A DNA stretch of 64,000 nt from Nevskia sp. (GTDB lineage Bacteria; Pseudomonadota; Gammaproteobacteria; Nevskiales; Nevskiaceae): contig NZ_JAHFRY010000005.1 in assembly GCF_023266035.1 (NCBI RefSeq), positions 249 to 64,248 on the forward strand. Reading direction: 5' to 3'. Below the pieces are notes generated by a model. That model had not been told where the DNA came from. It saw only the letters and a list, made by a program, of their open reading frames with translations, and did not search any database. Shown one piece after another: positions 59,018-64,000 of this stretch; position 1 is the first letter of the stretch, and each line of letters starts with the position of its first letter. A program made the translations under genes and the position numbers.

Positions 59018-60352
59018 GTGCCTGTCCAGCGTTTCCGTGAAGTGTGGTCGCTGGCGTTGCCGATCCTCGGCGCGATGCTGTCCCAGGTGCTGCTGAACTT
59101 GGTCGATCTGGCGATGGTCGGCCATCTGGGCGCCAATGCACTGGCCGGCGTCGGCGCCGCCAGCTTCCTGCATTTCACCGCGTTCTCGGCGATCACCGGC
59201 CTGTCGTCTGCCGTGCAGGCGATGGCCGCGCGGCGCTACGGCGAAGGCCGGCTCGATGAAACCGCGCTGTCGCTGAACGGCGGGCTGCTGCTGTCGATCG
59301 CCATCGGCCTGCCGTTGTCGCTGGTGCTGATTGCGGCTGCGCCTTGGCTGTTCTCGACGCTCTACGCCGATCCGGCGGTCGGCGCCGAAGGTACGGTCTA
59401 TCTGCAGTTCCGGCTGGCGGCGATCGTCGCTGTCGGCATCAACTTCTCGTTCCGCGGCTACTGGAGTGCGATCCGCCGCGCGCGGCTTTATCTCTACGTG
59501 CTCGGCGGCATGAGTGCGCTGAACATCCTGCTCGATTGGCTGCTGATCTTCGGCAAGTTCGGCCTGCCGGAAATGGGCACCCGCGGCGCCGGGCTGGCGA
59601 ACCTGATCAGCACGTTCGCCGGTGCTGGCGCCTATCTGTGGCTGGCCTGGCGCGAAGCGCGGCCGTCCGGCTTCATGCGCCGCCTGCCGTCGATGACGCA
59701 ACTCGGTGATCTGCTGCGCATCGGCCTGCCGTCCTGCGTGCAGAACCTGCTGTTCGCCGGCGGCTTTTCCGTGCTGCTGTGGATCATCGGCCAGATCGGC
59801 ACGGCGGAATTGGCGGTTACCAATGTGCTGATCAACATCACCCTGGCAGCCGTGTTGCCGGGTATCGCTTTCGGGCTCGCGGCTGCCGCGTTGACCGGCT
59901 CCGCCTTGGGCCGTGGCGATATCGATGACGCCTATGCCTGGGCTTGGGACGTGTTCCGCGCCACCTGGTGGGTGTTCGCGGCACTTGCGGTGCCGATGCT
60001 GTTCGCGACCGACGCCGTGCTGCGCCTGTTCTTCAGTGATCCGGCTACCGCCGATGTCCTGGTCGACACCGGCCGGCTGCCACTGCGCCTGATCGGCCTC
60101 GCCGTCACCCTCGACGGCCTCGGCTTCATTCTGATGAATGCCCTGCTTGGCGTCGGCGCCAGCGGCGTAGTAGCGCTGGTCGCCGTCGGCCTGCAATGGG
60201 GCTTCTTCCTGCCCGGCGCCTATGCCGCCGTGAGCCTGCTCGGCAGCAGTCTGTCGGGAATCTGGATCCTGATGACCGGCTACCGCGCCTTCCAGACCGG
60301 CATCTTCGCTTGGCTCTGGAAGCAGAAGCGCTGGGCAAAAATAAGGGTCTGA
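59018..60352 (+). CDS. MATE family efflux transporter
   Basis: 444 aa, 12 hydrophobic segments, N-terminus VWSLALPILGAMLSQVLLNLVDLAMVGHLG. Confidence 0.9.
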   Translation: MPVQRFREVWSLALPILGAMLSQVLLNLVDLAMVGHLGANALAGVGAASFLHFTAFSAITGLSSAVQAMAARRYGEGRLDETALSLNGGLLLSIAIGLPLSLVLIAAAPWLFSTLYADPAVGAEGTVYLQFRLAAIVAVGINFSFRGYWSAIRRARLYLYVLGGMSALNILLDWLLIFGKFGLPEMGTRGAGLANLISTFAGAGAYLWLAWREARPSGFMRRLPSMTQLGDLLRIGLPSCVQNLLFAGGFSVLLWIIGQIGTAELAVTNVLINITLAAVLPGIAFGLAAAALTGSALGRGDIDDAYAWAWDVFRATWWVFAALAVPMLFATDAVLRLFFSDPATADVLVDTGRLPLRLIGLAVTLDGLGFILMNALLGVGASGVVALVAVGLQWGFFLPGAYAAVSLLGSSLSGIWILMTGYRAFQTGIFAWLWKQKRWAKIRV

Positions 60353-60382
60353 GCCGCCCCGTTGCCGGGACGGCTCAGACCC
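60345..60382. terminator. 12-bp perfect hairpin between convergent genes (bidirectional terminator candidate)
   Basis: gggtctgagccg (60345-60356) pairs with cggctcagaccc (60371-60382). It overlaps the MATE stop codon. Confidence 0.6.
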
Positions 60383-60401
60383 TGTTTACCGCGGCTGCCG
60401 C

Positions 60402-60977
60402 TTAGTTCGGAACCAGATCGTTGCCGACCACGCGAACCTTCGAGCCCACGGCCAGGCCGTTCATGCGAGGCAACGTCACAGTGCGCGTGCCGCCAGCATC
60501 CATCGACACCGTGACGTGGTGAACCCATTCGGCTCTGGCTGACTTCTCCACTTCACGGCCAGCAAAACCGCCGATCACCGCACCGCCGATGGTCGCCAGA
60601 ATCTTGCCGGACTTCTTGCCGAACTGGGAACCAGCCACACCACCGGCAGCAGCGCCGCCGAGGGTGCCGAGCGCTGAGGCTTCGCCTCTGACGCGCTCAT
60701 CGGCAACCGATGAGATCACGCCGCAATCACCGCAAACCGGAGCCGGAGCCGGAGCCGGAGCTGGCGCTTCGGCGACCGGCGACGGAGCCGGACGCGGCTT
60801 GGGCTTAGGCTTCGGAGCCGGCGCGGGCTCGTCTTCGATCTTGGCCGGAGCGGCGGACGGCGGCGTGGTAGCGGCCGCTTCAGTCGGCGCAGCAGCGGGA
60901 TCGGCCGGCGGCTGCGGAGCAGGGCCGCAAGCGGTCAGGATGGCAAGCGCCAACACCAGCAATGATTTCTTGTACAT
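60402..60977 (-). CDS. Outer-membrane lipoprotein with glycine-zipper (17-kDa antigen-like) domain
   Basis: Start at ATG 60977. Lipobox LAILTACG, an Ala/Pro/Lys-rich linker, and glycine zippers GTLGGAAAGGVAGSQFG and ATIGGAVIGGFAG. Confidence 0.8.
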   Translation of the reverse strand: MYKKSLLVLALAILTACGPAPQPPADPAAAPTEAAATTPPSAAPAKIEDEPAPAPKPKPKPRPAPSPVAEAPAPAPAPAPVCGDCGVISSVADERVRGEASALGTLGGAAAGGVAGSQFGKKSGKILATIGGAVIGGFAGREVEKSARAEWVHHVTVSMDAGGTRTVTLPRMNGLAVGSKVRVVGNDLVPN

Positions 60978-61168
60978 CGGGGTCTCCCTCAACAGGTTGC
61001 AATGTTTCCGCAGGTTAGCATCGCAAGCTGAACGAGAACTGACCTGTCGATCACCCACTCGGACCGGCTGCGACACAGATGGTTCGGTGGCTGGACCCCG
61101 GTGTAGCGCAAGCTTCTGCCCGGAATCCAGTCGAACTCCGCTTATCCACGACACCCTCACAGACTCCG

Positions 61169-61900
61169 ATGCCCGCCGCCGCGCTCAGCCACTGGCGAGA
61201 TTTCCGCAACATCGTGCTGTTCACCGGCGCCGGCCTGTCGGCGGAATCCGGCGTGCCGACTTATCGCGGTGCCGGCGGCATCTGGCGCGAATACAACTAT
61301 CAGGACTACGCCTGCCAGCGCGCCTTCGACCGCGACCCGGTCCAGGTGCTGGACTTCCACGAACTGCGCCGCGCCAAGGCGTTGAACTGTGCACCGCACG
61401 CCGGCCATGCCCACATCCGCGCGATGCAGGCCGGGCATCCGGGCGTCCATGTCATCACCCAGAATATCGACGGCCTGCTGCAACGCGCCGGTGTTGCCGT
61501 CGCCGCCGAACTGCACGGCAGCCTGTGGCGGCTGCGCTGCCCGGTGCATGGCATGCGCGAGGATCTGGCCGCGGGTGCGTTCGCGCATCGCCGTTGCCCT
61601 GACTGCGTGCCGGATCGCGCGCCGTGGCTGCGGCCGGACATCACCTGGTTCGAGGATGCCGTGAACGAAGCGGTGTTCGAGCACGCCGCGATGCTGGTCG
61701 ACGATGCCGAACTGTTCGTCGGCATCGGCACCTCGGGTGCCGTCTGGCCGGCGGCGGGCTTCGCCGAACGCGCGCGCCGGCGCGGTGCGCGGATGGTCGA
61801 GATCAATCCGGAGGACAACGAAGCGTCGGCGCTCTATGGCGAGCACATCCGGCTGCCCGCATCGAAGGCGCTGCCGGAAGCGTTTCCGATCGGCGGCTGA
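61169..61900 (+). CDS. cobB: NAD-dependent protein deacylase (Sir2/CobB family)
   Basis: Start at ATG 61169. GAGLSAESGVPTYRG, QNIDGL, HGS, a Cys pair region CPVHG...CPDC and GTSGAVWPAAG. Confidence 0.88.
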   Translation: MPAAALSHWRDFRNIVLFTGAGLSAESGVPTYRGAGGIWREYNYQDYACQRAFDRDPVQVLDFHELRRAKALNCAPHAGHAHIRAMQAGHPGVHVITQNIDGLLQRAGVAVAAELHGSLWRLRCPVHGMREDLAAGAFAHRRCPDCVPDRAPWLRPDITWFEDAVNEAVFEHAAMLVDDAELFVGIGTSGAVWPAAGFAERARRRGARMVEINPEDNEASALYGEHIRLPASKALPEAFPIGG

Positions 61901-61994
61901 GCGCGCTTGCGATGAGCTTGGGCTTCATTTCGGTACTCCAGTGCAGACTCCAGAATAGGGAGCACATTGAACGCCGACCGGGGCGAGGAGCGAT

Positions 61995-62693
61995 ATGCAA
62001 TCGAGGCAACTAGCGCCGGCCGCGCCGACCAGCCGATGGCTGCGGAAATATTACTTCTCGTTGGTCAGCGCATTCATCCTTGCGTTGTCGCTCTGGAGCT
62101 TCTCCGACAACCTCATCTGGAATGTCGGGCAAAAGAGCAATCACGATCCGAAGTTCATCATCCATGGCCTGTTCTGCCTCGCCTGGGTGCTGATGCTGTT
62201 CGTACAGGCCAACTTGGTGCGTGCAGGCAATGTCCGGCTGCATCGAACGCTCGGCGTCGTCGGATTGATCGCCGCCGTGGGCGTGACGCTCAGCACGATC
62301 CATATCTTCGTGGTGGTCTGGAAAGGCTGGGACGCGATGGCGTTCTATCTGAAAGCCAACCGGCTGCTCCTGCCCAGCTATGCGTTGCTGGTGCTGCTTG
62401 GATACCTCAACCGCAAGCGCAGGGACTGGCACAGGCGTTTCGTCTACATCGCAACCCTGTTCATGCTCGAGCCTGTCTTGTCGCGGGCCTTCGATCCCTT
62501 GGAGCCCTTGCTGACCGGCCTCTCTGAAAGCCAGATCGATTTCTACTGGTGGATATTCTTTGTGTTGGTCTGGAACAGTCTTTTCCTGTCGCTGTTCGTC
62601 TATGACTGGATTGTCGAGAAGCGCATCCACCCTGTTACAGCAGGCGGATTTGCCTGGTTCTGTGCCATCTGGGCGGTCGTGCTGCTCGTGTGA
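61995..62693 (+). CDS. Hypothetical polytopic membrane protein
   Basis: 232 aa with about six hydrophobic helices and conserved-looking His residues in helices (IIHGLF, LHRTLG, TIHIF). GC content is lower than in the surrounding genes. Confidence 0.55.
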   Translation: MQSRQLAPAAPTSRWLRKYYFSLVSAFILALSLWSFSDNLIWNVGQKSNHDPKFIIHGLFCLAWVLMLFVQANLVRAGNVRLHRTLGVVGLIAAVGVTLSTIHIFVVVWKGWDAMAFYLKANRLLLPSYALLVLLGYLNRKRRDWHRRFVYIATLFMLEPVLSRAFDPLEPLLTGLSESQIDFYWWIFFVLVWNSLFLSLFVYDWIVEKRIHPVTAGGFAWFCAIWAVVLLV

Positions 62694-62749
62694 GCGGCTC
62701 GATTTCCTGCATCCGCTGCCGCCGTCGAAAGTCGAGGTAGCCTGTCGCC

Positions 62750-63970
62750 ATGGACTCCCTGATCGCTGCCGCAGCGCGCGCCCTGATCACCGGCGACCCG
62801 CTCGGCGCACTGAAGTGCGTCGCCCTTCGCGAGGACCCGCCGGCGCTTGCGCTGCGGGGCATCGCCATGGCCCAGCTCGGCGAACATGCACGCGCTCGCG
62901 ATCTGCTGCGCCGCGCCGCGCGCGGCTTCGGTACGCACGAAGAGCGAGCCCGCGCCCGTTGCGTCGTCGCCGAAGCCGAGGTGGCCTTGGCGATGCGCGA
63001 TCTCCGCGGTTCGCCGCGCTCGCTGGCCGCTGCCGCGGTGACGCTGGAGGCGCGCGCCGATCGCGCCAATGCCTTGCATGCGCGCCTGATCGCGGTGCGT
63101 CGTCTGCTGTTGCTGGGTCGTGTCGACGAGGCCGCCGCCGCGCTGGCCAGCCTCGATACACAAGGCGCTCCGCCGTCGCTGCTGGCGGTGGCCGAACTGG
63201 CCGCTGCCGAAGTGGCGCTGCGCTCGTTGCACACGGGGCCGGCGCGCGCCGCGTTTGCGCGCGCCCTGGAGGCTGCCGAGCGTGCGCGGGTGCCGTCGCT
63301 GCTGGCTGAAGTGACCGAGGCGCGCGCAGCGCTCGATCGTCCTGCCGCTCGATCCATCCAGGCCGGCCAGGAGCAGTTGCTGCGGCTCGATGAAGTGGAA
63401 GCACTGCTCGCCTCGGGCGCGCTGGTGATCGATGGCTGCCGCCGTGGTTTGCGCGCCGGGGGCGTCTGGCTACCGCTGGCACGGCGGCCGCTGCTGCTCG
63501 CCGTAGCACGCGCGCTGGCAGAAGCCTGGCCCGGTGACGTCGATCGCAACCTGCTGATCACACGGGCTTTCAATACCCGGCATCTCGACGAAACACACAG
63601 GGCGCGGCTGCGAGTCGAGATCGGCCGCTTGCGCGCTCTCGCGACGCCGCTGGCGCGCATCGAGGCCAGCGCGCGCGGCTTCGCGCTCAAGCCGCTGGAA
63701 GATCGCGCCGTCGTTGTCCTGCTGCCACCGATCGAAGGCGATCAGGCCTCCTTGCAAGCCTTGCTTGCCGATGGCATGGCCTGGTCGACCTCGGCACTCG
63801 CGCTGGCCCTCGGCGACAGTCAGCGCACGGTGCAGCGTGCCCTCGTCGAGCTTGAGGCCGAAGGACGCGTGCGCTCGATCGGCCTCGCGCGATCGCAGCG
63901 CTGGCTGTCACCGCCGTTGACCGGATTCACGACGAACTTGTTACTCCCTGCTGCGCTGGCGCTTGACTAG
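62750..63970 (+). CDS. Putative regulator: helical-repeat N-domain, OmpR-like winged helix and C-terminal HTH
   Basis: 406 aa. An Ala/Leu/Arg-rich helical N-half, then LARRPLLLAVARALAEAWPGDVDRNLLITRAF...RLRVEIGRLRAL, and a C-terminal STSALALALGDSQRTVQRALVELEAEGRV. Confidence 0.55.
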   Translation: MDSLIAAAARALITGDPLGALKCVALREDPPALALRGIAMAQLGEHARARDLLRRAARGFGTHEERARARCVVAEAEVALAMRDLRGSPRSLAAAAVTLEARADRANALHARLIAVRRLLLLGRVDEAAAALASLDTQGAPPSLLAVAELAAAEVALRSLHTGPARAAFARALEAAERARVPSLLAEVTEARAALDRPAARSIQAGQEQLLRLDEVEALLASGALVIDGCRRGLRAGGVWLPLARRPLLLAVARALAEAWPGDVDRNLLITRAFNTRHLDETHRARLRVEIGRLRALATPLARIEASARGFALKPLEDRAVVVLLPPIEGDQASLQALLADGMAWSTSALALALGDSQRTVQRALVELEAEGRVRSIGLARSQRWLSPPLTGFTTNLLLPAALALD

Positions 63971-64000
63971 ATTGGCCTTGCCGCGCTGCTCAGCAGCGCA

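Noticed and set aside
60739-60762. Tandem hexanucleotide repeat GGAGCC x3 (plus one GGAGCT). The nearby G/C-rich periodic sequence and the CCG/CCA run at about 52759-52782 were checked at the same time.
   Set aside because: They are in-frame coding low-complexity linkers: APAPAPAP and PKPKPKP in the lipoprotein, and P7 in the surface protein. They are not CRISPR, VNTR-type regulatory repeats or mobile-element ends.
61142-61150. Isolated DnaA-box-like 9-mer TTATCCACG upstream of cobB. The GGGATAATCCC palindrome in the parB-folE spacer (about 55843-55853) was noted at the same time.
   Set aside because: These are single short matches with no cluster or AT-rich partner, as expected by chance in 64 kb.
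61169-61900. Sir2-domain protein considered as a possible anti-phage effector (Thoeris ThsA, DSR or SIR2-HerA type).
   Set aside because: It is a compact 243-aa CobB-type sirtuin with the standard GAG.S..SG..T.RG, QNID and HG motifs and a Cys-pair zinc region. It has no fused sensor domain and no partner genes nearby.

Overview
This is a high-GC (roughly 65%) chromosomal window covering the replication-origin neighbourhood of a gammaproteobacterium with Xanthomonadales/Nevskiales-like gene order. It opens with yidC-yidD-rnpA-rpmH on the minus strand, then dnaA-dnaN-recF-gyrB on the plus strand. About 55 kb of densely packed, mostly housekeeping genes follow: purEK, dsbA, cytochrome c4, engB, polA, lysA, tamAB, ttcA, dtd, an lpxL-family gene, an ABC-2/GldG/DUF4340 module, mutM, mnmG, parB, folE, cobB and a MATE pump. 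I recognised no rRNA, tRNA, CRISPR array, transposase or integrase. The non-routine content is: (1) a well-delimited small RNA directly downstream of polA, with a sigma-E/AlgU-type promoter, four hairpins with C-rich loops and an intrinsic terminator; (2) a DnaA-box cluster plus AT-rich tract in the dnaA-dnaN spacer (oriC candidate) and a perfect 24-bp palindrome with a canonical parS core inside the 3' end of recF; (3) a block between mnmG and an orphan parB that holds a STAND ATPase-TPR protein with a C-terminal SARP/OmpR-like winged helix, a perfect tandem 11-bp repeat just downstream of it, a DUF3617 protein, and a 773-aa exported protein that looks like an in-frame fusion of a sorting-signal-terminated surface protein with a separate signal-peptide-bearing beta-barrel; (4) a 929-aa patatin-like lipase whose catalytic Ser and Asp are separated by a polytopic membrane insert; (5) a low-GC islet with a stand-alone DUF3427-like protein and a ParE/RelE-type toxin-antitoxin pair. 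All family assignments come from motif recognition by eye on the supplied translations and my own manual translations. No database search, folding program or statistics were run.
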